Position numbers and translations under genes: made by a program. The notes beneath the pieces are model-generated. The model did not search any database. It worked only from the letters and a program-made list of their open reading frames with translations, and had not been told where the DNA came from. DNA of 64,000 bases, taken from positions 1 to 64,000 of the IMG/VR virus record IMGVR_UViG_3300023313_000003, one strand, 5' to 3'. This document shows positions 40,022 to 49,387 of the stretch, piece by piece (position 1 is the stretch's first letter; the number at the start of each line of letters is the position of its first letter). The stretch comes from a virus.

Positions 40022-40079
40022 TTGAATCTCCTAGTTAAAATTAATAAAAATACGACAAAGCCGTACAATTCCTACATTA

Positions 40080-40088
40080 TATATACAA
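40080..40088 (-). promoter_or_regulatory. candidate late promoter TTGTATATA
   Basis: Just downstream of the terminator and upstream of the tail chaperone. Confidence 0.6.
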
Positions 40089-40106
40089 TTTATCTATTAA
40101 AAAGGT

Positions 40107-40139
40107 AAAAAAAAAGCCCCACTAATTAAAGTGAGGCTT
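40107..40139 (-). terminator. Rho-independent terminator after the major tail gene
   Basis: AAGCCTCACT-loop-AGTGGGGCTT (the U.G pair forms only on the minus strand), followed by a long U tract. Confidence 0.85.
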
Positions 40140-40163
40140 CCTTGGGAGATTAAGCATGACCAA

Positions 40164-41735
40164 TTACTTAATCGTTAACGTCATTTCATCATCTAAACTA
40201 TCAGTTGAAGTAGCTAGGCCGACTCCTTCAAGTGACAATGTAACATAACCATCAGCAGGGTTTTCAATAGGTGGTATGCTAAATTCTACTTTTGGCAATC
40301 TAAACTCAAAAGTTCTACCAGCAGAAGAACTAAAACTTGGAGCAGGAATATCATTAGGTTCTAATGTTATTGTAATATCTTCTGCAACAAATTTCTTATT
40401 TCTCATATAAAATGAGAAGTTATCTTTATTTAAAAGAACATCTAATTTGCAAGTAACTGAACGTCTTTTGTCAGGAATATATCCACAAATTTTGTTAGTT
40501 CCATAAAGAAAGTCTTTTTTAGTATAGTTATTAGCCAAAGCAATTTCAGCACTAATTAATTCACACTCTCCAATGTTAAATCCAGCAACAGTAAAAGTTC
40601 CTTTAAGTCCTAAAAGCGCACTTTCTGATGTTATTGGAGCATAAACTTCAGGAGCATGCCCCATTAAGTAAGAACCAACACTTGAAGCAGCCAAAGCAGC
40701 TCCACCAAGAGTAACTATATCTTCATTAACACCTTCATACACAGCAGAAATAGATCTAGCTGCTTCTATAATAGTGTTGCCATCAATATCAATAATATCA
40801 ACTAAAGAATTAACTTCGTATCGATTACCTTCTTTAAGGCCTAATTTTATATCGTTAGTTCCAAGACCACCTACTAAGAAAGAAGGGTTAGCCATTAAAA
40901 GTTGAGTATTTGCTCCAACACCTGAAACTGTAGCAGTAGCTATTGCAGTAAAAGCAGCAGATCCAGCTAATGCAGCTTGAATTTGAGTTGCACTTGAAAC
41001 TCCAGAATCCATTGAAACTTCAACATTATTACCTACAACAGTAACAACTTCTGCTCCAGCAACTCCACCAGTTACATATTTAACATTAATTAAATTTCCA
41101 TTTATTCCAGAACCAATTAAAGCATCAAAAGTAATATCTTGCTCTACAAGAGCAGCAAGTTGTTCAACACCAGTAATTGCTTGAGAAAGATTTCCTTCAC
41201 CAGCTACTAAAGAATCTTGAGCAAAACCATCTGCTTTAAATGTTGCCTTACCATCGCCAGGCAAAGAAAAAGTTACTGTATCGATAACACAACCAGTAGT
41301 TAATCTTGCATAGTGAGTTGCTTCTTCTATAATTCTAAAAGAATTAGAATTTAATCGTGAAAGAACATATTTAATCTCAGCAGGATTAGTTACATCAAAG
41401 TCTCCAAAAGCTGACACTAAGAAAGCATGAACTGGAGGTAATGTAGGATTTCCTAAACTATCAGGAGTGCCAGGTACAATATATGATTCAAAAGAAAATT
41501 CAACATTAATTTTACCACTTAATCTAGTAACTAAAGATCGTCCAGAACGTGCGCCTGAATCTTCTCTAGGAATATCAAATTTAATATCAGCAGCGATATG
41601 TTCAATAGCTCCTGAAGATTGTGGAATTAATCCACCTGTAGCTGTATCTCCATATCCACCTGTTTCTTGATCGATCCATATCTTCTGATCGACTCCTAAA
41701 ACTTCGTATGATCTTGATTTTAAGTCTCTACTCAT
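40164..41735 (-). CDS. major tail (tube) protein with inserted sheath-like module
   Basis: Position after the tail terminator and before the chaperones; tube-type N- and C-terminal regions; own terminator. Confidence 0.8.
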   Translation of the reverse strand: MSRDLKSRSYEVLGVDQKIWIDQETGGYGDTATGGLIPQSSGAIEHIAADIKFDIPREDSGARSGRSLVTRLSGKINVEFSFESYIVPGTPDSLGNPTLPPVHAFLVSAFGDFDVTNPAEIKYVLSRLNSNSFRIIEEATHYARLTTGCVIDTVTFSLPGDGKATFKADGFAQDSLVAGEGNLSQAITGVEQLAALVEQDITFDALIGSGINGNLINVKYVTGGVAGAEVVTVVGNNVEVSMDSGVSSATQIQAALAGSAAFTAIATATVSGVGANTQLLMANPSFLVGGLGTNDIKLGLKEGNRYEVNSLVDIIDIDGNTIIEAARSISAVYEGVNEDIVTLGGAALAASSVGSYLMGHAPEVYAPITSESALLGLKGTFTVAGFNIGECELISAEIALANNYTKKDFLYGTNKICGYIPDKRRSVTCKLDVLLNKDNFSFYMRNKKFVAEDITITLEPNDIPAPSFSSSAGRTFEFRLPKVEFSIPPIENPADGYVTLSLEGVGLATSTDSLDDEMTLTIK

Positions 41736-41753
41736 AATTTCCTCTCTTTTAAA

Positions 41754-42077
41754 TTATTTTTTAATCTTTACAGATTTAATTTCTTTTTTTTCTTCTTTTT
41801 TAGGTGAAGTTTTTACCTGTTTTTTTTGTTCTTTTAATCCTTCTACAATGAAAAGCCATTTTCTTACTCGTAGTCTCCTCATTTTACTAATATCAGATAT
41901 ACAAATAATATATTTTTTACTTCTATAAGAAAATTTAATCACCTCTTCATCAAAAGAAATATCAGACATTTGGACACCATCATACCGAACACCGCTAATT
42001 TGAAAATTTAATGAATTTCTTTTACTTAAATGTAGCCTTTTGATTTTGGCTAAGACTTGTCTTTTTCTATCGTTCAT
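41754..42077 (-). CDS. hypothetical basic protein
   Basis: ATG ORF with AAGGA RBS and an upstream TTGTATATA motif. Confidence 0.65.
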   Translation of the reverse strand: MNDRKRQVLAKIKRLHLSKRNSLNFQISGVRYDGVQMSDISFDEEVIKFSYRSKKYIICISDISKMRRLRVRKWLFIVEGLKEQKKQVKTSPKKEEKKEIKSVKIKK

Positions 42078-42114
42078 AATTGTTCCTTCCCTGTTTATGT
42101 GGGTTTACCTTATT

Positions 42115-42123
42115 TATATACAA
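42115..42123 (-). promoter_or_regulatory. candidate late promoter TTGTATATA
   Basis: Upstream of the ORF preceding the major tail gene. Confidence 0.6.
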
Positions 42124-42131
42124 CATTATTG

Positions 42132-42632
42132 TTATCGTGAGCTTCTTGCTTTTCTAGTGTACTCAGCAGATACAATCATCTCAAATAGATGTGTTTGATT
42201 TTGAACTGAAAATAATTGATTATCTGTAGTTATTTGAGTTACTTCGCACTTATTAACTTCAGAAGCTAATGTATTATTATCATAAACACATTGCTCTACA
42301 TCGGAAATAAATTCTTCTAATTTTAGAATATCACCTTGTCTATAGACTCCGTATATTCTTATTTGCCAGACATATTCTCTCACGCATCCAGCATGTCGAG
42401 TAATAGTTGTCGCATCATCTATTATATAAAGAACAGGAGTTTGGTCTTCAGATTTATCTTTCCAACCTTTTACCTCATAAGTTACTTCACATACATTTTC
42501 AGTATACCCATTTACAGTAGTAATAGTTTCTAAAATAAGCCTAAGTCCTTCCATAATCCTAGCTCTTTTAGATTGTATATTTTTTATCTTGTCATGAATT
42601 GCAATTATTTGTGCTTGATTTAATGTAGCCAT
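42132..42632 (-). CDS. tail terminator / completion protein
   Basis: Size, synteny and the RARI..L..I...NGY pattern. Confidence 0.65.
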   Translation of the reverse strand: MATLNQAQIIAIHDKIKNIQSKRARIMEGLRLILETITTVNGYTENVCEVTYEVKGWKDKSEDQTPVLYIIDDATTITRHAGCVREYVWQIRIYGVYRQGDILKLEEFISDVEQCVYDNNTLASEVNKCEVTQITTDNQLFSVQNQTHLFEMIVSAEYTRKARSSR

Positions 42633-42634
42633 TA

Positions 42635-43111
42635 TTATTCCCCCAATATTCCTTCAACGAATATTCCAAATTTTTCAATTATATAATCAGAGTGCAAATC
42701 AATTGCATCTCTAAGATAATATTTTGGTCTTATTGTTGATTTACCTACCATGTGTCCTTTTGAAAAACCTATCCCATTTTTACCATTAAATTTTAAGGCA
42801 CTTTTTATCCTAGGTTTAATGAATCTAGCTGGGATTTCCCCACCTTCTTCTTGTATTTGAGCATAAGGAACATTTTCTGGCCCAACTTCTCCTATAATCT
42901 CATTCCCACTTTCTTTTACTGAAAATTGAACTGAGTTTAATAAATTACCTGTTTTAACATTCATATAAGATCTAATATTATCTTGTATCTGAGACTTAAG
43001 TATAGACATTGCTCTAAACATTTCTAATCTCATTCCATCTTTAACTGAAGAAGAGGAGTTTTCAAACTCCTCTATTATATCTAATGCATTACTTGTTAGT
43101 AATATTTTCAT
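42635..43111 (-). CDS. HK97 gp10-like / virion morphogenesis protein
   Basis: KTGNLLNS, VG..VPYA.IQEEG, P..YL..A. Confidence 0.8.
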   Translation of the reverse strand: MKILLTSNALDIIEEFENSSSSVKDGMRLEMFRAMSILKSQIQDNIRSYMNVKTGNLLNSVQFSVKESGNEIIGEVGPENVPYAQIQEEGGEIPARFIKPRIKSALKFNGKNGIGFSKGHMVGKSTIRPKYYLRDAIDLHSDYIIEKFGIFVEGILGE

Positions 43112-43906
43112 TTATAAGTCCCAAGTATTTCTTTGCATTTGATTAGCACTACCGAATGAATAGTTAATATATTGATCGAGCTTTTCGATAATATCTTTAG
43201 GTATTCCATCACTTAATTTAGAATAACTTTCACCCATTACACCCTTTGCTGTTACTCCAATATCTTTATTTTCTCTTTGGTAATACCAATACTCAACTAA
43301 TTGTAAGGCCGCGAGTATGAGGTCATAAGGAATATCAGTGCATGCAATAGTTTTAAGTTCTAAATCTGCATCAACACCAATAGTGAAATCTTTACACCAA
43401 CCAGCAAGATACTTCATACGAATAGCACCAAGAACAGAACCAGAAAAGATCTGGCCGACTATATGTTTTTCATTATCATCTCTTAAGACTACATCATTTC
43501 CTATAATTCTTAATTGAGTATCTGTTATTTTTTGCCTTTTATCCGCAGAACCACGACTAAAATAAACTGAATCAGTCAGAATAGTCGGATCTGAGAATCC
43601 TCTATTATAATCAATTCTGATTTCACTAACCTCAAGAACAGGCCACATTTGAGGAAGAATTATATTTGATGAATTACCATCGCTAACTTCTGTAAATTCA
43701 GTAGCTAAAACTCTTGTGTCAATTATTGATTCTATTTTATCACATGCTGCATTTATAAACATTTCTAAGCGTCTAACTCTTTTAATATTATCAGGAGAAG
43801 GAGTCACACCAGCGACACTAACTTTAATATCTTTTATGTTAATCCAATCAGCAGCTTGGACAACATCTATCCAACAACTATCTTTTAAAATACTAGTATA
43901 TGCCAT
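43112..43906 (-). CDS. head-tail connector (adaptor) protein
   Basis: I.AA...IE, Y.AG, P.DL..A.L.LV..WY..RE, L..Y. Confidence 0.8.
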   Translation of the reverse strand: MAYTSILKDSCWIDVVQAADWINIKDIKVSVAGVTPSPDNIKRVRRLEMFINAACDKIESIIDTRVLATEFTEVSDGNSSNIILPQMWPVLEVSEIRIDYNRGFSDPTILTDSVYFSRGSADKRQKITDTQLRIIGNDVVLRDDNEKHIVGQIFSGSVLGAIRMKYLAGWCKDFTIGVDADLELKTIACTDIPYDLILAALQLVEYWYYQRENKDIGVTAKGVMGESYSKLSDGIPKDIIEKLDQYINYSFGSANQMQRNTWDL

Positions 43907-43915
43907 AACAATCTC

Positions 43916-44434
43916 CTAAGTTATCTTTACTATGTAAGCTTCGTTAGAAGCAATTAGTGATTCCATTTTAGATTCAATATCTTTAGGTGTCACTAGGTCA
44001 TAATCTTTGTTAAAATTTATTCCTCTATACTTAAGTAATAAGCCTACTGCCTCTGAACAAATTAATCCTTTCTTGCCATCTTTAAAAAATCCTAAAGACC
44101 AACCAAAAGCTATATTAGTTAAGTTTAGTATTATATTCATAACACTATACTTAGTTTGGAGAGTCTTATTAGCTTCACGCAGAATAGTAAACTTAGTCTC
44201 TTTAGGTATCTCTATAGAATAAATACGAATAGGAATATTCGTCTTTAACCAGTTCTCTAACTCTATATAATGAGCTTCACCATTAGAAGCCTCATAGATC
44301 ATATATTGATTAGTGCATGAATCATAAAATTCTAATGCAGTATGAGAGTATTTAGTTTTTAATACTAACTTAATAAAGAAACTAACAAAGTTCCATTTTT
44401 TAGTTGTTGATAGTATTACTCTTACTTTTGACAT
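43916..44434 (-). CDS. permuted papain-like (NlpC/P60, YiiX-type) enzyme
   Basis: YSHTA His precedes LICSEAV Cys; YEA; TP.D. Confidence 0.8.
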   Translation of the reverse strand: MSKVRVILSTTKKWNFVSFFIKLVLKTKYSHTALEFYDSCTNQYMIYEASNGEAHYIELENWLKTNIPIRIYSIEIPKETKFTILREANKTLQTKYSVMNIILNLTNIAFGWSLGFFKDGKKGLICSEAVGLLLKYRGINFNKDYDLVTPKDIESKMESLIASNEAYIVKIT

Positions 44435-44443
44435 AATATTTCC

Positions 44444-45214
44444 TTACTGTTTATAGATAAAAATCTGTAGCTCAAAGCTAACCTTTTCACCTGGCAAGTG
44501 TTTAAATATGTAGTCGAAACAATTTTCTCCAGAACCATTATGATAAGGAAAGACTTTAGATGTTTTTGAATCTACTACAAAATCTTCTTTAGCTTTTAAA
44601 AACTTTAAATTTGTCCCACATATAAAATCAACATCTCCACCATAAATCTTAGGGATCAAAGGAGCTGCTACTATCCATAATCTACAATTATTTAATATTT
44701 CAATGTTAGCTCTTAACTTACCTCCAACTAAAGCATAATCATTAGTTGGCCACCATCTTAATATAGTCTTACTACAATTGGCATCAGCATCGGCTTGATC
44801 TATACACAATGTATATCCATTAATATCGTCACCTTTATATAAAAATAAAGTAGAATGATTATAATCAGAACCATCAGGTTCTTTTTCATAGATAGAATTA
44901 AATGTTGATAGAGAAAACTCTAAACTTTGATTAAAAAAATGCCAACCTTCAGGGGCCATCTTAGCCATCGTATAAACTGCACCATCTTGATCTGTAGATT
45001 GAATCTTTTTATTTGAATTAAGTTTATAATTGGTATTGAAATCAATAATATCAGCAGCATTTTTAGAATCATTCTTATCAAGTTCAACATGAAAAGTAAG
45101 ACCTCCATCAATAAGGTAAATGAAGATGCTATCTATATCTTCATAAAATTGAATAGAGATCCCTTTAGATAAAGAAAGATCTCTTAAGAACACCCATGAT
45201 ACCATTTTATTCAT
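44444..45214 (-). CDS. putative virion protein (N-domain shared with 45216..46016)
   Basis: W..L.......IQ.Y......DG..T....L.K......D..D..TNY. Confidence 0.6.
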   Translation of the reverse strand: MNKMVSWVFLRDLSLSKGISIQFYEDIDSIFIYLIDGGLTFHVELDKNDSKNAADIIDFNTNYKLNSNKKIQSTDQDGAVYTMAKMAPEGWHFFNQSLEFSLSTFNSIYEKEPDGSDYNHSTLFLYKGDDINGYTLCIDQADADANCSKTILRWWPTNDYALVGGKLRANIEILNNCRLWIVAAPLIPKIYGGDVDFICGTNLKFLKAKEDFVVDSKTSKVFPYHNGSGENCFDYIFKHLPGEKVSFELQIFIYKQ

Positions 45215-45215
45215 A

Positions 45216-46016
45216 TTATAATCCTTTAAATTTATGGGCCATCATTCTAAAGTATTTAAGACCTTTTAAATCATCCTGAAGTTTTACTGTGATTGAATCA
45301 CCCTCTGCTAATTTAACAAAAGGAAAAAATTCTTTCTTAGATATAAACTTATCCTTACTATCTAACCAACCATCTTCATTATTAGCTCCATCATTATTAT
45401 TCATATTATTAAATAATAATGATAAATCCATATTATTTTTTATGTTAAACATTACATGATTGATTGCGTTTATGTTTGCAGAGATTTCTACACCATTCGA
45501 TAGGCCATCATCAATAGCTCCAAAATCTTTAGGATCTAAAGAACCTTTGTCAATCATTAATATATCTAATGAAGTTAGATACCACATTTCGCCAACTGGA
45601 ACTGTAATTGAATAGTTAATAGGAGCAGAAGAAGCATCTACGTCCATATCAACAGTTCCTCCAACAGAATCTAAAAAATATTCAGGCTGGTATAGTGCAG
45701 TAAAAGAAGGAACTGAAGTCTCAACTTTTAATCTATCTCCAATGTTTCCGATTAGAGTTAAATCTGTTCCACCTCTAATCTGCTTAGTATCTACTTGCTT
45801 ATTGGCTAAACCAGTAGCTATATAATTTGTTTCTAAATCTAAAACATCAGCAGATTCAGCAGCATTGAATTTTGATAAAGTATGACTTAAAGTAAAACTT
45901 CCATCAACTACAAAACAAAAATAATGATCGTCTAAATCATATACTTGTATTGATAAATTAGGTTTTGTATTAGCTACTGTTTTTAGTTGTAGCCATGTTA
46001 CTTTCATTTGTGCCAT
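45216..46016 (-). CDS. putative virion protein sharing domains with both neighbours
   Basis: N-domain like 44444..45214; C-domain like 46026..47027. Confidence 0.6.
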   Translation of the reverse strand: MAQMKVTWLQLKTVANTKPNLSIQVYDLDDHYFCFVVDGSFTLSHTLSKFNAAESADVLDLETNYIATGLANKQVDTKQIRGGTDLTLIGNIGDRLKVETSVPSFTALYQPEYFLDSVGGTVDMDVDASSAPINYSITVPVGEMWYLTSLDILMIDKGSLDPKDFGAIDDGLSNGVEISANINAINHVMFNIKNNMDLSLLFNNMNNNDGANNEDGWLDSKDKFISKKEFFPFVKLAEGDSITVKLQDDLKGLKYFRMMAHKFKGL

Positions 46017-46025
46017 TTTGTTCTC

Positions 46026-47027
46026 CTATGCTTGTTTCCAGTATCTTATTGAACTGGCCATTGTTTTTACTTTTGTTAATTTATCAGCAACAATCCATTT
46101 TATATAATCCCCATTACTACCTTTTAAAATGATAGGTTCTTTAAATTTTGAGAATCCTCTAAATTGATCTTTGCTATCTAAGAATGAATCATCTCTATCA
46201 CTAGCAGGAGATTCAAAAAAGGAAGCTAGGTCAAGGTTGTCTTTAATATTCATTATGTTATATACACTATTATTTGTTTTGATTTCTAAAGATAAACCAT
46301 TAGTTAATTGCTTACCTATTGAAGCAAATACATCATATTTCATTGATCCTTTATCAATCATTATTAACGATAACTGATCGATTAGGATTACCTCTCCAGC
46401 GATAGGTGCAAATAAAAAATCAATCGGAAAACCTGATCCATCTACATTCATATATTTAGAAGCACCATTAACAAGCGGTTGGTATTTATATACCTTTGGG
46501 AAGGATAACTGAGAGTTAAAAGAATCAACTCTTACATTTGTAGATCCATCACCATTTATATTTAATTCATTGAATCCATTACCTATTCTAACTGAATCAT
46601 AATTTCCGTTTGGTTGAACTACATGGTTTAAATCAACAGAGATCTCTGCATTAGAAATCCTAGCATCCAGAGTTGAAGCAACTGCATTATCCGCAACTGA
46701 AGTAACCAATGCAAAACTAGCAGATCCCCCAACAACACTTATATTTACATTAAATAATGAATGAATATCTGAAAAAACTTTAGTAAAATAACCAACACCA
46801 TTTGCTGATATAGTATCTAAAGTAATAAAAGGATAAGTAACAGAAAATCCATTATCTATCTGAGCTTGTACTATTGCTCCTGCTGTTATATTTTTAACAG
46901 CTATAGTAATTGTTATCCTTGATCCTGTTAAGACCTCAAAAGGTATAATTGAATTACCTGAGAATGAAGCTAGATCTAATAATACGTTCGTATTATTTAT
47001 CTTCAACTGTTTAGTTGTAAAATTCAT
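46026..47027 (-). CDS. putative virion beta-rich protein (C-domain shared with 45216..46016)
   Basis: M.VD.S..PI..MIDKGS..L.NG..NIK.N.DL..LDSKD.F. Confidence 0.6.
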   Translation of the reverse strand: MNFTTKQLKINNTNVLLDLASFSGNSIIPFEVLTGSRITITIAVKNITAGAIVQAQIDNGFSVTYPFITLDTISANGVGYFTKVFSDIHSLFNVNISVVGGSASFALVTSVADNAVASTLDARISNAEISVDLNHVVQPNGNYDSVRIGNGFNELNINGDGSTNVRVDSFNSQLSFPKVYKYQPLVNGASKYMNVDGSGFPIDFLFAPIAGEVILIDQLSLIMIDKGSMKYDVFASIGKQLTNGLSLEIKTNNSVYNIMNIKDNLDLASFFESPASDRDDSFLDSKDQFRGFSKFKEPIILKGSNGDYIKWIVADKLTKVKTMASSIRYWKQA

Positions 47028-47060
47028 AATTCCCTCTATACTAACTTCTTATTCTTATTT

Positions 47061-47294
47061 TTAAGAGAATTTAAACCTTCCACCTTTTTTATATCTTTTG
47101 TCTTTTTTAGGCTTAAGAACTTCTTCAAAAGAAGATCCATCTTCTTTAACTAGTTCAAAAAGATCAGGGTATTTTTGAGCCATGACTTTCATTTTGTCTT
47201 CAGGGCCATTTAATAATTGACCATCTCTTAAATCAATATTAGTGCCTAATGCTTCTTTAGCTTTTTTACAATCGCCTTTTACTTTTATTAACAT
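47061..47294 (-). CDS. small hypothetical protein after the capsid gene
   Basis: AAGGAG RBS; basic C-terminus. Confidence 0.65.
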   Translation of the reverse strand: MLIKVKGDCKKAKEALGTNIDLRDGQLLNGPEDKMKVMAQKYPDLFELVKEDGSSFEEVLKPKKDKRYKKGGRFKFS

Positions 47295-47310
47295 TACATA
47301 CTCCTTAATG

Positions 47311-47348
47311 AAAAAAGGGTGGGTAAGTTTTAAAGCTCACCCACCCTT
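47311..47348 (-). terminator. Rho-independent terminator after the major capsid gene
   Basis: Stem AAGGGTGGG/CCCACCCTT with U tract on the minus strand. Confidence 0.85.
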
Positions 47349-47375
47349 GGATTCTAATTTTTTAAAAAGTTTCTA

Positions 47376-48782
47376 CTAAGCAAGAATGTTGTAAATTATT
47401 GCAACAGAACTTTCTTGAGCATAATTTGAAGAATCTGCCTTCAAAACACCTTGGAAAGCTTTTCTACAAAAAGAAACTAAATCAAGAACATCATATTGAG
47501 TTCTATTTTTTTCAACTCTAACTTGAACAGCTCTTCTAAGACCTAAGAACCATCTTTTTCTGTTAACCATTATAACAGAAAGAAAGTTATTAGCTCCAGC
47601 AGTTACGTTTTTACCAGTTGAAGTTGTATCAGCTCTTAAATATTCAGATACGATTACTGGCGCACCTTCATATTTAGCAAGCTCACCTGTAATTACAGTT
47701 CCTTTTGAACCATACTCATTAAGAGTACGAACATCAGCAAGTTGTAACATTTGATTATAACCTTTTGATTCTACAATGATAGCAAGTTGAGATGGATCAA
47801 CACCAAATTTACCCATTTTTGAACGACAAGCACTCATTTCAGTTTCAGTTAGTTTTGCTCCACCAGCATTAACACTACCAGCAGCTCCAGCTCCTAAAGC
47901 TCTTTTTCTTAAACCATCAAAGAAATACTCAGGAGAGTCAGTGATAGCAGTAATTAAAGTGCCAGGTGTAACATCTGGAAGTTGTGATTCATCATGCATA
48001 ACACCTAATGTATCACCTTCAAGAATAGCAATTTCGATTGCTTTTTCTTGACCTTCGATTAATTCTTGACGAATAACTTTAACTACATCTGGAGCTGAAT
48101 CTTCATTCAATTCTTCAGGTAGTTCATATTGGTTAGTCATTTTAACAGCATCAAACTGAATAGTTTTATCAGTTTTGAAAACTTGTGCTGGAGCTAATGC
48201 ACTAATAGCACCAACTTTTCTAGCAATTGCACCACCAGTTAAAACTGGAAATCTATAAGGATTAGAAGGCATTTTAATTTCAGCAAATAATCCAGATACT
48301 TTTCTATCTAAATTAAATTCATCAATATAAGAATCAGAAACCATTGTAGGAATCCAATCAAAACCATCGTTACCTGTATTAATGCCAAAAGCTTTCATGT
48401 GAAAGTCTAATTCGTCATTAAAGAATGAAAGACTTTTAACATCTTCAGCAGAGATAGTTGAAGATTTACCTTCAGTTTCTCTAAACTTTAGAATTTGTGC
48501 TGTAACAACAGCAACATCAACAGCTTCTTTTAAACTCTTGACTGCTTCAATTTCTTGTTTACCAAGGTAAGAATATTTCTTAGCAGAAGTATCAACTTTC
48601 ATAAGATCGTTCATACTTTTAACACCAAAATTTCTTAAGTTCTTAACTAGAACTTCAGACATTTCACCTTTAGTTTGTCTCTTAGGAGTCGCACTTCTTT
48701 GAGTTGCGGCAACCTTTTTCTTGTTTGCTTTTTTCAAAGCTGCTTTAGCATTTTTTATTGCTAATTTTAATTCTTCGTTCAT
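47376..48782 (-). CDS. major capsid protein (HK97 fold)
   Basis: G..WIPT, EELNEDS, E.AILEGD, G.P(V)IVSEY; N-terminal delta-like region; strong codon bias; followed by a terminator. Confidence 0.92.
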   Translation of the reverse strand: MNEELKLAIKNAKAALKKANKKKVAATQRSATPKRQTKGEMSEVLVKNLRNFGVKSMNDLMKVDTSAKKYSYLGKQEIEAVKSLKEAVDVAVVTAQILKFRETEGKSSTISAEDVKSLSFFNDELDFHMKAFGINTGNDGFDWIPTMVSDSYIDEFNLDRKVSGLFAEIKMPSNPYRFPVLTGGAIARKVGAISALAPAQVFKTDKTIQFDAVKMTNQYELPEELNEDSAPDVVKVIRQELIEGQEKAIEIAILEGDTLGVMHDESQLPDVTPGTLITAITDSPEYFFDGLRKRALGAGAAGSVNAGGAKLTETEMSACRSKMGKFGVDPSQLAIIVESKGYNQMLQLADVRTLNEYGSKGTVITGELAKYEGAPVIVSEYLRADTTSTGKNVTAGANNFLSVIMVNRKRWFLGLRRAVQVRVEKNRTQYDVLDLVSFCRKAFQGVLKADSSNYAQESSVAIIYNILA

Positions 48783-48829
48783 TTTTAGCTCCTATTCGAT
48801 TTTTTTTTATTAAACGAGTTTCAGGTTAA

Positions 48830-48838
48830 TATATACAA
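48830..48838 (-). promoter_or_regulatory. candidate late promoter TTGTATATA
   Basis: Upstream of the major capsid gene. Confidence 0.65.
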
Positions 48839-48841
48839 CAA

Positions 48842-49372
48842 TTAAACAGAAAGACCTTGTAAGTCTTCTGTAAGTTCAGCAAGAAGCTCAAGACCATCTT
48901 CGTCCGTCATTCCTTCAAACTCTTTTTCAGAATCATCTTCAGTCATATCTTCAGCAGAAGCTTCATCTTCACCACCTTCATCTTCGCTGTTTTCCATTGT
49001 AGTTAATGCTTGAACCATTTCTAAAAGAGAAGCCATTGCTTCAGCCATCATGTCTAATCTTTGAGACATTTCAACCATTGGATCTGCTTTTTCAGATTCC
49101 TCTTCTTTAGGATCATCCATTGGTTCATCCATTTCTTCTTCAGCTTCTTCTTCAGAAGCAGAATCATCTTGTTCAGATTCTTCTTCTTTAGGATTATCCA
49201 TTGGTTCTGCTTTTTCTTCATCTTCTTCTTTAGGATTATCTTCTGATTCAGAATCTTCTTCTTCAGCATTATCCATTGGTTTAGCTGGCATTTCAGCTTT
49301 TAAATTCTTTAAAGATTTAGTTTTACTTCCTCTTAAAGATTTAATTAAATTTAATAATTCTTCTTTTTTCAT
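48842..49372 (-). CDS. highly acidic scaffold-like protein with internal repeats
   Basis: PMD(N/D)PKEEESE repeats and a short coiled coil; between protease and capsid genes. Confidence 0.7.
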   Translation of the reverse strand: MKKEELLNLIKSLRGSKTKSLKNLKAEMPAKPMDNAEEEDSESEDNPKEEDEEKAEPMDNPKEEESEQDDSASEEEAEEEMDEPMDDPKEEESEKADPMVEMSQRLDMMAEAMASLLEMVQALTTMENSEDEGGEDEASAEDMTEDDSEKEFEGMTDEDGLELLAELTEDLQGLSV

Positions 49373-49387
49373 AATTGATTCCTTTTT

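Noticed and set aside
40164-41735. Calling this gene a contractile tail sheath
   Set aside because: Only one inserted module is sheath-like; there is no separate tube gene or baseplate wedge/J genes, and the order tube-chaperones-TMP-Dit is siphovirus-like
49054-49269. Lys-rich alternative-frame ORF and its antisense Phe-rich ORF
   Set aside because: Frame-shifted read-outs of the GAA-rich acidic repeat gene
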